A DNA stretch of 64,000 nucleotides from Folioceros fuciformis (Eukaryota), in contig JBNGIO010006231.1 of the NCBI GenBank assembly GCA_049999805.1, positions 98,413 to 162,412 of the forward strand, in the 5' to 3' direction. The translations under genes were made by a program, and so were the position numbers. Below the pieces are notes generated by a model that was given only the letters and a program-made list of their open reading frames with translations, was not told where the DNA came from and did not search any database. This document shows, piece after piece, positions 44,592-56,900 of this stretch (the first letter of the stretch is position 1; every line of letters starts with the position of its first letter).

Positions 44592-46460
44592 ATGGAGAGG
44601 GTGAAGCAGGCGGTGGTGCGCCTGTCGGCCGACAGCGTTCACGATCGGGCCCTGCCCGTGCCGCTCTTGGATCGGTCTCTGAAGCCGGTCCTCTCCGCTG
44701 CCTCGCTGTTGTACTCTTGCCTGCTGCGCTTGCGGCTGTTGCTGTACCGATGGCGAGTGCTGCGCCAGCGCCGCCTGCCAGTTGCGGTCTTCAGCGTGGG
44801 CAATCTCACTTGGGGCGGAGCCGGGAAAACGCCCATGGTGGAATTTATAGCCCGCGCCTGCATTGCAGCGGGAATCCGGCCCCTGGTGCTTAGCCGGGTG
44901 GGCATTTCGTGTTGACCCGGGTTCTGGTGCTTTGCAGTTGGAGCTCGGGCTCATGGATTGATTGTGTACAGTTGGGTGCAGGGATATGGCGGAGGAGACG
45001 AGGTCCGCCTTCTTGCCGGGCACTTGCGGCCGCTTGCCGATGTCGGGTGTGGATCTAATCGAGCGAGTGTGGCCGCGCGGTTCCTGCGGGAGCGAGGTGT
45101 TGTTGGTCCTGAGGAGCTCCGGAGGCGAGCGTGCGGTATGCAAGTGTCGCCGCAGAGAGTGATAGAAAACTCGGCGACAGACGGAATCGGTGTTGTCATT
45201 CTGGATGACGGTATGCAGGTAGAGTTTGTGTGAATTGTGTTTTAAGTCTCTGAAGCACGTTTGGGTTCGTCTGGGGCTCCGTTTGATTGGTGTCTCGTGT
45301 CTGTTGTGCAGCAATGGGGGTTGGTGAAGGACCTTGAGGTTGTGATGGTGAATGCGCTAACCGGTTGGGGAAATGGCAAGTTGTTGCCCCGAGGCCCGCT
45401 AAGAGAACCTGTGGAGGAGTTGAGAAGGGCGGATGTTGTGGTCATTCATCATGCAGACCTGGTGAGACGCGTTTGCAAACAGGTTGGAAAGGTCTGAGAT
45501 TAAGGCTTGGGTGAGTGAGATGTCTGAAGCAAGTCGGCCGTGCTTGTGCAGGTGCCACCCTCTCGGTTGGCTAGATTGAGGTCGATGGTGAAGGCCAATG
45601 CTCTCTGCTTGCACTCACGGATGGCTCCTCTGCACTTGAGCAGAATGGCTGAGGCTCACGTAGGGCACAGCCTGACTGTGCCTTTGAGCCAGGTGAAGGA
45701 TAAGGTTGTGCTTTGCGTTTCTGGGGTGGGCTGCCCCGAGTCCGTGTCACTGGTTGTGAAGCAGGTTAGGGGCCAGGAGGTTCCCTGTCGTTTTTCCTTT
45801 TTGTCTTCATGCTCTCGTACTGAGAGGGGCTGTCTCTCCTTGCCCTGGCAGCTGGGAGCTCTCCATGTTGCGGACATGATGTTCAGTGACCACCATTACT
45901 TCACATCCAAGGTTAATTGAACTTCATTTTGTTTGTAGCAGTTCCACATCTGCCACCACGTAACTGATTTTGCTCAAAGGTCTTTCTTCTTCTGGCGCAG
46001 GACATCAGTTTGTTAGAGGCAAAGATCTTGGAGTTGCAGCAAGAGTTCTCGGAAAAGGTCTTGCTTGTCGTAACCGAAAAAGTAAGCAGGGAGCCTACTG
46101 CTGCAACCTTTCCTTGCCTAATTTCAAAGAAGGATGCAGCTACTCCTCTTCGTGGACGTACTGTGAACATGGCCGGTGTCCTGCTGCTCATTCCGTTTTG
46201 GCCGTTTGATCCAGGACTACGTGCGAGATCCTTGTGCCCTTTCCCAGTTGAAGGGAGCAGATGTGCTGGTCTTGCATTCGACGTTGATGATGTTGGATGA
46301 AACATCCACTTTACAACACTTAGATAGGCTGCTGGCTGGGGCCATTTGTGGCCCTCTACAGACAAGCGGGTTTCCCATATCCAGTCGTGGTGACACCGGG
46401 ACCTCAGATCCACGCCTTGTTTCCACGTACAATGAACAGACGTCTCTTCCAACTGCCTGA
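44592..46460 (+). CDS. LpxK: Tetraacyldisaccharide (lipid A) 4'-kinase, plant type; 7 exons
   Basis: RLPVAVFSVGNLTWGGAGKTPMVE, LSRGYGGGDE, ILDDGMQ, GNGKLLPRGPLREP, FSDHH, VVTEKDY; first exon 44592-44897. Confidence 0.93.
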
Positions 46461-46591
46461 AAACAGCCCAGGAGATGGTTTAGGTTCTACTTTTTCGACG
46501 GGTTGGTTTCTCATGTTGGACTTTTTACGCCACTGCTCACAAAACACTAAAGTTGATCGTACTGGATTGGATGAGGAGAGTATATGTGCCG

Positions 46592-46614
46592 CCAATATGT
46601 AATGCCGACGTGGC
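46592..46614 (+). promoter_or_regulatory. CCAAT plus overlapping DRE-core/ABRE-like site (GCCGACGTGGC) about 100 nt upstream of TLP18.3
   Basis: Motifs read directly; function untested. Confidence 0.3.
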
Positions 46615-46711
46615 TGGCCCTGGTGGATCTGTGGAGGGGAGCTAAGGCTGGACGTCTTTCAGATATCGTTTTGAAACAGTATCGTGCGTTCCGGCGTGGT
46701 TGTTCAAGGCC

Positions 46712-47815
46712 ATGGCTATGGCGATGGCGATAGCGGAAACTGTGGGCCGAGTTTCTATGTTGCCGCACTCTCAACAGATGCAGGTTCCGGCGCAGCAGCA
46801 GCAGCTCACGTCGCTTGTGTGGGGTGAACGATGCTGCTCCTCGAGCTCCTCTTCTCCTCTGAAGCTCACGGCACGGTCGTCAACGTCTGTGCGCGCCGGC
46901 GCCGTTTCCGACCGGTTGGCTTGTGTCGGTAACACCCTTGCGGCCCTAGCCTTGTCAGCGGCCTTGCAGCTATCTCCGCTGCAGTCTCCGGTTGCCAATG
47001 CCAGCGAATTCAACGTGCTGAACGAGGGGCCTCCTCCTACGTACATTTTTGACGATGCTGGCGTGCTCAGCCGGGTCACCAAATCCGACCTTAAGAGGCT
47101 CCTCACCGACCTGGAGGAGCGTAAAGGATATCACATCAACTTCATCACCCTCCGCAAGCTCACGGTTCGGACTCCTCCTCTTTGGTTTGCTTGAAATAGT
47201 ATCAACACTCATGTTTTCCCTGCCCGGCTCTAAGTCCTCCGGTCATCTCCTACAGAGCAAGGCAGACGTCTTTGAATTTGCGGATCAAGTATTGGAGAAA
47301 TGGTATCCAACTCTAGAGGAGGGCAACAATAAGGGAATCGTGTTACTGGTCACAACCCAAAAGGAAGGTGCTGTCACCGGGGGCCCAGCTTTCATTGAAG
47401 CAGCTGGTGACCCTGTGCTGGAGGCAGTGGTTTCGGAGAACTTGCCAGGTAAGAATATTGAGCGGTCCTGGCTGTCTTAAAGCTTGCTGCCTACCCTCCA
47501 GGTCTCAGTTGCTGCGTCTGAGAAACGTCACTAGTCTCTCATGTTACCCTCATTTCTTGTCATTCTGCAGTGCTGGCTACTGACGAGAAGTATAACGAGG
47601 CCCTGTATAGTACTGCCAAACGTCTGGTGGCAGCGATCGACGGTTTGCCAGACCCCGGAGGCCCAACCTTCCAGGACAACAAGAGGGAATCCAACTTCAA
47701 AACCAGAGAGGAAACAGACGAAAAGCGGGGACAGTTTACTATAGTTGTTGGTGGCCTCTTAGTCATCGCCTTCATCGTACCCATGGCTCAATATTACGCC
47801 TATGTCAAGAAATGA
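46712..47815 (+). CDS. TLP18.3: Thylakoid lumen 18.3 kDa protein (TPM domain, Psb32 family); 3 exons (46712-47164, 47255-47448, 47571-47815)
   Basis: Bipartite transit peptide ending ANA-SEFNVLNEGPP; DDAGVLSRVTKSDLK, FEFADQVLEKWYP, NLPVLATDEKYNEA, RESNFKTREETDEKRGQF plus C-terminal TM. Confidence 0.96.
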
Positions 47816-48139
47816 GGACCTCGATGAGTCATCGGTTTGACACTTTCTCTCTCACAGTCCGGTGTCTTACCCCCGAACAGACAGTGTAACCACTGGCAGG
47901 TTTTGGAATCCTAAAGATTTCGAAAGGTAGGCTGTTGGGCAGTAGACTCCTAAACATATTCAGCCATGCTTAGTTTCGTGGGAAGGCCATCCAACGCTAT
48001 CGCGGATGGAGTAATCCATCCATGGGTACATATACTGTAGTCATGCGAACCTACGCTGGCTCTCTTCACAAAGACTCTTAACTACAGTGCTACACAAGGA
48101 GATCGTAATCCATGCTTACAGTGACTTCCCTCCCCACAC

Positions 48140-48207
48140 TCCTGGGTTTGGGATAATAAGGAACAATGCAAAGTCCTGGGTTTGGGATAACAAGGAACAA
48201 TGCAAAG
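48140..48207. repeat. 34-bp direct duplication
   Basis: tcctgggtttgggataa(t/c)aaggaacaatgcaaag twice. Confidence 0.9.
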
Positions 48208-48932
48208 GCTCAATGGCAGGGCAAATGTCCAACCAGCGAAGTAGTTGAAGAGAGCATAATCAACACTAACCTTGATTCTGAAAATATTCAGATCAACCCT
48301 GAGCCCTATCCCAGCTCTCTAGCTGGTCGATCTAAATCTATCTTGATTCTCTTGTTTTCAGCTACGTAGCTGGTTGATCTCAAGGTTCCGAAACAATGCA
48401 TTGATTGATGACAGGGTGGAGAGAGGAGAACCGAAGGTGGAGACTGAAAGCAAAGCTGAACAGTGCGCTCCGGCTATGCGTGAGACAATTCAATTGCGGT
48501 AATTTAGCCAACACGGGATGACCGACATTGGAAGCTCTCTAGCTGGTTGATCTTCGGGTTATGAACCGCTTAACTATTTAAGAAATGCACAACTCTTTAG
48601 ACAACCAGATCCCTAGCCAAGCAGTGGTTCAAAGTACAGTTGGAAAGATCAAACTTAGAGGAATGTGATGTTTCGTCTTCAAGGCTGAACTCGAAGTGAA
48701 CAAGCGACAGTGAAAAGATAATTGCAACAGCGCCAGTCCAGATCCATCTGCAATGATTCAATACATTGGAATGACCATCATGATGCTCGTTTCATGTCAG
48801 AGAAATTGGACCACTCGCGGTCACAAATTGATGTTGCAGGGACCCTAGCGGCCGGTGCTAAGAAGTACTGCAGTAGTCAAAGGCCTGATTGACGACTTCA
48901 ACGTATCAGTATCCCTGGAAAGAAAAAACAGA

Positions 48933-49516
48933 TCAGACCATCAGGTCGTCAAAATCTATTGTGCCGTCTGTAGAAACGCAATAAGGAAATCCAACGTCGT
49001 CATTGGCATCCTCCGGTAGGGCGCTATACGTAGAGTTCCGCGAGTTGTATTGGAGAGGAATGCACTGGAAGCCCGCCGGACAAGAGTAGCCACAAAGGCC
49101 GCAGTTCGACACGTCGTGATATACGTCGGTGCATACGCCCTGACAGCATAGCTCGTACTCGCTGCAGCGGATGTTGCAAGCTCCGCAAAAGTCAGGATCT
49201 TGATTCAGATCGACACAATACGATCCGTTCGGCAGGTATGAAAATACAGGTGCAGAGCAGCACGCCGGTTCTTCAAAGAACCATGGGGATTGGGAATCGC
49301 AATTGAGCTGGCGATCAACAGCGAAACCAAAACTCACGATAAGAAAGCGAGAAGTGAAGCCAAATCTCTCAAACGTATATTATCTCGGTTAGTTGATATG
49401 GATCTTACGAGGTTCGCGACATCAGAAGTGCAATTGGATGCAGTACTGCTGGCACTGACAAGTGTAGCAGAAAAGAACAGAACCAAGGCGAGTTGAAGGG
49501 CAGATGAGATAGCCAT
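48933..49516 (-). CDS. STIG1-family secreted cysteine-rich protein; 2 exons (49516-49409, 49307-48933)
   Basis: Signal peptide MAISSALQLALVLFFSATLVSA; GT-AG intron joins the frames; STIG1-type CVDLNQDPDFCGACNIRCSEYELCCQGVCTDVYHDVSNCGLCGYSC. Confidence 0.85.
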
Positions 49517-50047
49517 GACGCGCCGGAGAGTGAAGTTGATGCTCGCACAAGCCGTTCTTGAAAAGCAGAAAGATAGGCAGGCGATAACTTTCGCGGGAGC
49601 AGAGTAGTGGACAGTACGGTCAGTGTGCAGGTGCCAGACGACGCTCAGGCCCCCCAAATGTGATACAAGGCCTCGAAATAGGGGATGGGGAATTGAGGAA
49701 CACTTGCCTCATTATTTGACAAGGTACCCTAATTACCAGCTTGAAAAAACACTTCTTGATATTTGTTTTGAGGTTGTTGGACACATTTGTCCTGAGTTCG
49801 TGGTGTTTTGTGTGACGCAAAGCCGGAATCGGTTCGAGGTGAGAATACCCGCTTACTAAAATGATTCCAGACGCAAGGATTAGCGTCACTCGTTTCAGAG
49901 AGATTGCACCATTCGTGGTCACAAATCAATGTTCCGAGCTAGTTCTTCTCAGCACTGCTGCGACGGTCATTTGCCTGATTGACGCTTCACCAGATCAGTG
50001 TTCCTCTGGAATAAGAAAGGAGCAGGCCCGAGAATCGTCAGGCTGTG

Positions 50048-50589
50048 CTATGCATTCCACAGAACGGAAATCAGGAAATCGGATGCCGTGTTCATTCCTA
50101 GGCTAAACGTGTACCTCTTCGGGTTTGTAAAGGAGAGGAATGCACTGGTGTGCCGCCGGACAAGAATAGCCGCAAAGCCCGCAGTTCGACACATCTGATA
50201 TACATTGGTACATGAACCCTCACGGCATAGCTCGTACTCACTGCAACAGATGCTGTAAGATCCGCAGAAGTCAGGCTCTTCATCCAGATCGACGCCATAC
50301 GATCCTTTCATGCTTCGGCAGGTATGAACATGCAGGTGCAGACCGGCAGCCGCACATCGCGTTTCTGCAGGGCCACGGGGCTGATCATCGCACTGGAGCT
50401 GGCGATGAACAGCAAAAGCAAAACTCATCACAAGAAATCGGGAAGCGAGCTAAATCTCTCAGACGTAAGTCGATAGATCTCGGTCATTTCATATGGATCT
50501 TAGAAGCTCGAAGACATCGGAAAGCGAAAGAATGGCTCAAAAGAGCAGATTCGGAACCAAAGCGAGTCGAAGAGCAGACGGGATCCCAT
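50048..50589 (-). pseudogene. Tandem pseudogene copy of the STIG1-like gene
   Basis: Colinear with 48933-49516 including intron and 3' flank (49860-50030 vs 48750-48930); donor GT lost, frameshifts, several Cys lost. Confidence 0.85.
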
Positions 50590-50763
50590 GACGCTCCGGA
50601 GCCCGAAGACGAAGCTTGCAGAAGTAGTTGTTAAAAAGCAGACAGGTTGGCAGGGACACCCTACCAACGTGTCTGCTGAGGGGAAGTGATGCCTGAAAGC
50701 AGACGGCCTACCGAGGGGTTACGTTGCTCGTGACTCCTTTCAAGTGCGAGTGAATGAAGGCAC

Positions 50764-52680
50764 TGTTAGAAAAAAAAAAATCAAAGTTTTTATTGAGAGG
50801 AATTATAGAACTGGACGCTGAACTGGACGTCATTGATCACCGCATAGCACTAACAGCTCAAACATTCATGCTAGTCACTTCACCATTCTACCATGGTTGT
50901 GTTATATTATTTCATTATTCTAGAAATTATATACCCCGACTAGAAAAGTTCCTATATCATTCATTTATGTGATTGACGTCACATATATATTTAGCTATTA
51001 ATTTAGAATACTTGTTCTAAAATATTAATTTTTAATACTCCCACTCAATATATTATATTTAATCCTTCAAACCAAGAATTTTACTAAACTTAGTAGGTTT
51101 GTCTAAACTCAAACCTTCAATCAAGAGATTTGTTAGTGCATCTTGTATTGGACAATACTCAAATTTCACTTTCTTGGACTTCACCCTTTCTCTAATGAAA
51201 TAATGTTTCACTTCAATATGCTTGGTCATGGCACAAAATGTTATATTTTTGCTTTTTTTTTTTTTTTTTTTTTATCATTGAAAATTGTTAGTGCTTACTG
51301 TATTTGAATCCCAATGAAACACTTTGATTCATTATCTTAGAAAAACAAGAATCTCAATTCCTCAATCTCAATTTATTAATCATATTGGTTCCATGACTAG
51401 AGCATGAAGCCATGTATTCGTCTTAGGTAGAGGATTGAACAACTGTAGGTTGTTTCTTACTATTTAAAGAAACAGCTCCTCTATTTAGTAAAAGAATATA
51501 ATCAACGATTGATTTATTATTATCAACATCGTCTACCCACTTAGATTCACAATATCTAATAGTCTTGCCTCATGCTGGTACTCATGTTGATGGACCAAAG
51601 TTAATGTTTGATACACGCCATTCAAGTACCTTAATATTTTTTTAATAGCTTGATAATATTGTTTTCCATGGTTAATCGGTACCCCATTCAAGTACCTCAA
51701 TATTCTTTTAATAGCTTGATGATATTTTTGTCCATGGTTAAACATAAATTGATTCAGAATTGCCTGTGCTATATCAAGCATTGTCCCTATAGATAGTCCC
51801 TGTAGAGAGATTGCTTTAGTATAGAGTCTTATCTACCTCCTTCATCTCGGCCTGAGTTATTGGATTCATTTCACTTGAGTTTCTTGTTAAGCACCATTGG
51901 TGTCTTAACTATCTTACAATCTTGCATTATAAAGCACTTAAGAAGGTTTTTTATGTATGTCTTTTAACTTAATGAGATTTCTTATTACTCTTTTTCCCTC
52001 ATTTAAGTTGTATCTTTTAAAGATAATGAAGTTTACCTAGATCTCTCATATCAAAAGTATTATTATTAAGGTCCTTCATTTTGCATAACTTAATCATTGC
52101 AAACCAGAAGAGGAGTCTCTACATAAATAGCAATGTTTTGAATTCTTCTATTCTCTCGACACAAACATTCCATTCTCCATGGGTTCACTTAACACCTTAA
52201 GCTAAGAAGAAATTGTCCATCTTAACATACCAAGTAAGTGCATATTGCTTAATGTCATAAATTCACTTTAATAATTTGCATAGCTTACTTTTTCGAGCTG
52301 GTATTTCATTCCTTTCCGGCTGATGTACATAGATTTCTTCTTTTAAATCTCCATTAAGAAATGAAATGTTGTGTGGACATCCATATGATGGTCTCGAGAT
52401 CTATAGCAATAGCTAATGCTAGGAGTACATTATCTCAAGATTTATAGCAATAGCTAATGCTTAGAGTACATGATCTCGAGATCTATAGCAATAGCTAATG
52501 CTCATAGTACACAAATGGCTATAATCTTGGCTACTAGAGAGAAAGTGTCTGTGTAATCAATACCCTGCACTTGTGTATATCCCTTCACAACTATCCTTGA
52601 CTTATAATTCCTGACACTACTATCAACGTTATGTTTTATTTAAAACACCCATCATGACCTTATGCACTTCTTGTTGAAGC
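50764..52680 (-). mobile_element. Ty1/copia element A, 3' half (RT, RNaseH, PPT, 3' LTR 51037-50764), heavily degraded
   Basis: Minus-strand [50 protein letters not shown] tgagtgggag at 51047-51038; LTR ends ...TCTAACA; internal 40-bp x3 and 69-bp x2 duplications. Confidence 0.85.
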
Positions 52681-52687
52681 AGCGTGG

Positions 52688-53956
52688 TGTTGGATGCTCA
52701 CGGATCAGCCGTGTCTGACGAGGGCACATTTCATATCAATTAGTTCAATTTTGTACCCGTGGTAGCTTACAAAACTAGGTAGAACTGTAGAAGAGCAATT
52801 TAGGCAGTTGTACTGATATAGACGCATTCACAGCCCATTTATGTTCCTATAAAGTATTCATCCTGTGTATAGCATTCCGCTTTATGGCATCGGACCCTCT
52901 AGCCTTTCCTCTTTTTCGACATCACCTCGGCCCTACGCTCGTGGTCTACATTGATCCTACGAGATGGGGTGCGGACGATCAACATGAGCCAACAATCCTG
53001 AGGACCACGTGATGCCTTGGTACCGCACTGCAACGGCTTTTGTGACAGTAAGCAACTCGACCCCTCAGAGATTAGCAATCTATAGGAAGTGCAGAGACAA
53101 CATAGCTCGAGTATTATTCTTCGAAGGTCTTAGAAATGAAGAAGCCCAGCAATACCACGCTAGAACTGGTCTGCCCTCACACTCTCCACCACACTCCAAC
53201 ACAGTGGCAACACCAGCAAGACGCAACAACCTCTTCCATAGATTCCACTAAGCATTTTTCCAAAAGGATGAAGCAACCACCACAATCACTAATTGTTGTC
53301 CACTTCATGTGCACCTTCGTACCATAAAATCCCAAGTTGTGGCCTTGCATTTGTTGCCAAGCAAGCTCTTCTTGAGTAGCAACCAATGTTTGTAGCTCAG
53401 AGGCCCTCCTTCATGGCATGCTGGCCTTCAATCCTCTCTGCAATGCACCTGCAGCAATAAAACGCGTCAGAATAGCTATATCTAATCCTATTGTAATCAA
53501 CTCCACTAAGATAGATTTTCATGATATAGATCGCTTCAATGGAAGTGATTTTGACATGGGAGATGTGAGTCATCACACTCCTAGAAGAACATGATCTAAT
53601 GTTTATAGCCGATAGCACCACACCTATACCTTGAGCCACTATAAACTTGATCGGTACCCCTGACTTCATTGCAGCTTATAGAATTGTAGAGCACATAGCA
53701 TACTTATATCAACCATAAACAAGAGCATGCTCCAGCATATGTGGGGTCAAAAGACTGCTCACAGTATCTGGAAAACCTTCAAAGACATGTTCCAAGCACA
53801 GAGCTCAATGTCGTTGATCAACGCTACAAGACAATTGTACCCATTAACAGACACTAAGAGTGTCAAGCAGCACATAAACGTCTTCTGGTCCTTATAGGCC
53901 AAGTTCGCTTCAAATGCAAGGAGCATTACAAAACTTAAAGCAGCGATTGTACTACT
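52688..53956 (+). mobile_element. Ty1/copia element B, 5' part (candidate LTR 52688-52884, PBS-like TGGCATCGGAC, degraded gag) cut by element C
   Basis: TGTTGG start; PBS-like at 52885; gag-like DRFNGSDF...LLEEHDL...AHSIWKTFKDMF...SVKQHIN ending abruptly at 53956. Confidence 0.6.
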
Positions 53957-56900
53957 TGTTAAGGTTATTTAGATAACCATGGGTTAAGTTAACCTAACTC
54001 GGTTAAACACATGCCTTTTGGGTTTAACAAACTTGACACTGTAAAAGCTACAATTTTGTACAAATTTAAGTTAAGTTCTTTTGCTGCATTGTCTCAAGTG
54101 TTCTTTGTCTAAATAAACCTTGAAAAAATGCATAAAATAACATGGTATCAGAGCTCTCGATGCTCTGAGACTTCCGCTGCACTATTACTTATGTTGTTTG
54201 CAATGTGACTGCAAACATGTCTAGTCTAGTGTGTCTATTCTGGTGTCCTAGCAATCTCTGATGATACACATATTAGACTCTTGTTCCTATGCTTAAAATG
54301 CCTAGAAGGAGTGGTAGGTGTAATCAGCCTAGCATTCTGAGAATGTCTGCAGGCACAAAAGGTTTTCAGTTAGATGTCGTGTGACATGCTTAGGGTTTGA
54401 TTGAATCGTTATTCACTTAAAAAAAAAAAAGTTGAAGGGGCATTTAAGTTTTTAGAACTTACCGTTTCATGTCTTATATGGCGCTTGTCTGTTTTCTGAG
54501 CATATAGTAGAGTATGTCCCTGTTTGTCGCATATACTAATTCTGATAGTGATCCTGATCAACTCTCCTGGCTCTTCTCAAATCCATCACTTCCTCCACCT
54601 TCTATTGGTGTCAACATGACTACAGGTCAAGGACCCCTGTCCATATCTATAGGATCATCATATTACGGTGAGTTTAAGGAAAAAGATACGTTTGATGGAA
54701 AAGCATTACGTTTTGAAAGCTGGAAAGCACGTATGAGAGCTAACCTTGATGCTCGCGACGTTCTGGAGTATGTTGATGGCACTCTACCCAACCCTTTCCT
54801 TGTACTAGCTACAGCTACAATTCAGCCCATGCTTGATGACAAGGCAAAGTGGAAGAAGTGCAACAAGGTTGCATTTGCCATCCTCTTGTCAGGCCTGGAT
54901 GAGACTACTGTCACTGAGGTTGATTCGCTTGAGTCAGCAGAAGCTGTGTGGAAACAACTCCATGACACTTATCAGGTCAGAAACATATGTACCATGATCA
55001 ACGCAAGAAACGACTTTCACAGTTTGAGGTTGAGGGAGGGGGAACCAGTTGGTGCTCATGTCACCAAGTTGAGGCACCTACGAGCACAACTTGCTGTGTT
55101 AGGTACCAAGATTAATGAAGTGGAGATGACAGTACAACTGCTGACCAGCCTGCCCTTATCCTACCAATCGTTTATTTCGAGCCAAAACGTCACTTTGCGT
55201 GATGCCTACTCAGTAGCAGCAAGTGGTCAACCTTCTACACTCAATCTGAATGAGATAGATGGGGCCCTCCTGCAAGAGGAGTAGAGCCACCAACGTTCTC
55301 ACTCTGGATCGCGGCTACGTGGTGAGAATGTCCTGTTTGCTGAAAAAGGCAAGAAGCAATGGAAAGGAAAGGACAAAAGTAATAAAAATTCTTCAAACAG
55401 TTCTGGTACCTCTTCCTCCACCACTAAGGCAGTTGCAACTGGTGCCAGATACCTGGGCACTAGGAACGTGACTGTAGAAAGAAGAGAGCTGGAGAGCCCA
55501 AAAAGATTATTGGATCAGAGGCTCATGTGTCATCTAAGGAAGCCAAATCACAGAATGGCCAACAATAGCCTCAAAGCAGCAGTTTTGTACTCATAGTTTG
55601 CCTAACCTCGACTATAGAGAATACTCAGCATTGGTTTGTTGATTTGGGAGTGACTGCTCACGTCTGCAACAACCGACAGCTGTTCTCTTCCTTCCACAAA
55701 TAGCAAACCCCTCAGTCAGTCTTTGTGGGTGATTCACGGGGCATTGAGGTAACAGGGACAGGTGTTGTAGACATACCACTTCTTGATGGGTCAACATTGC
55801 ATCTTCAGGAAGACCTGTTTGTTCCAGCAATGAGCAGAAACTTGTTGTCTATTAGAGCCATTTCTCAAATGAACCTATATGGTTTTCGTTTTGAAAATAG
55901 TAAGTGCTACCTGTATTCCCTTACATGTCCAGAGAAGACTCTTGCCAAGGCTGTCTTAGTATATGATCTTTATCAACTGGTCCAAGTGTCTAAGTTACGC
56001 ACTAGAGTTCTTCTTACTGAGTACGGTGAGAAGGCTAACTTGTGGCATGCAAGGTTGGGCCATGTGAACAAGTCAAAGTTGAATTTCATGTCGAACTCCA
56101 CCTTCTATAGGGAAAAGCTCCCTAGCTATTTTCAAGCATATACCAGCCTACACATCTTGTATACTGTCTAAACAAAAAGAATTGCCTTTCAAGAACAAAC
56201 AACCTATTAGGGCTACTGTTGTTCTTGAACTTGTGCACGCTGATATTGCTGGAAAGTTGCCTGTAAAGTCTCTTGGTGGTGTAGAGTACTATCTGTCACC
56301 AACTGACGACTTTTCCCGATATACTTGGACTTTTCCTATCAAGTTGAAGAGCGATGTGTTCGAACACATCTCAGCTTGGATCTTTATGGTTTAGCGACAG
56401 AATGGCCAGCTTGTAAGGTGCTTTTGGACTGATAATGGAGGGGAATTCACTGGTCATCGGTTTGATGATCTCTTCCAAGCATATGGTATCATTCACCAGT
56501 TGTCAGTGCCCTATACACAACAACAGAACGGCGTTGCTGATCGCAAAAATCAAACTTTGATGGGCATGACACGCAACATGATCTCGTGGGCTAACTTACC
56601 AAAAACGTTATGGGCAGAGGTTGTGGTGACAGCTACATACATTCTGAATCGAATTGTTACTTTTGCTCTGCCTGGTCGCACCCCTTATGAAGCTTTCTGG
56701 GGTCGCAAGCCTAGCCTGCTGCACTTGCGTGTCTTTGGGTTACCTGCTTTTGCTTTTGTTCCTGAAGCCAAGAGGGGGAAGTTAGATGATACGTCTAAAC
56801 CCTCTATCTTTGTTGGCTATTCAGAGGAATCCAAAGCCTATAAGTTGTATGACCCTAAGACCTCCAAAATTACACTGGCATGTAGTGTTACCTTCAAGGA

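Noticed and set aside
44592-46460. LpxK as bacterial contamination or recent HGT
   Set aside because: Six spliceosomal introns and plant-type sequence; nuclear lipid A pathway genes are established in plants
49308-49408. Apparent frameshift between the STIG1 signal peptide and Cys domain
   Set aside because: Resolved by a canonical 101-nt GT-AG intron
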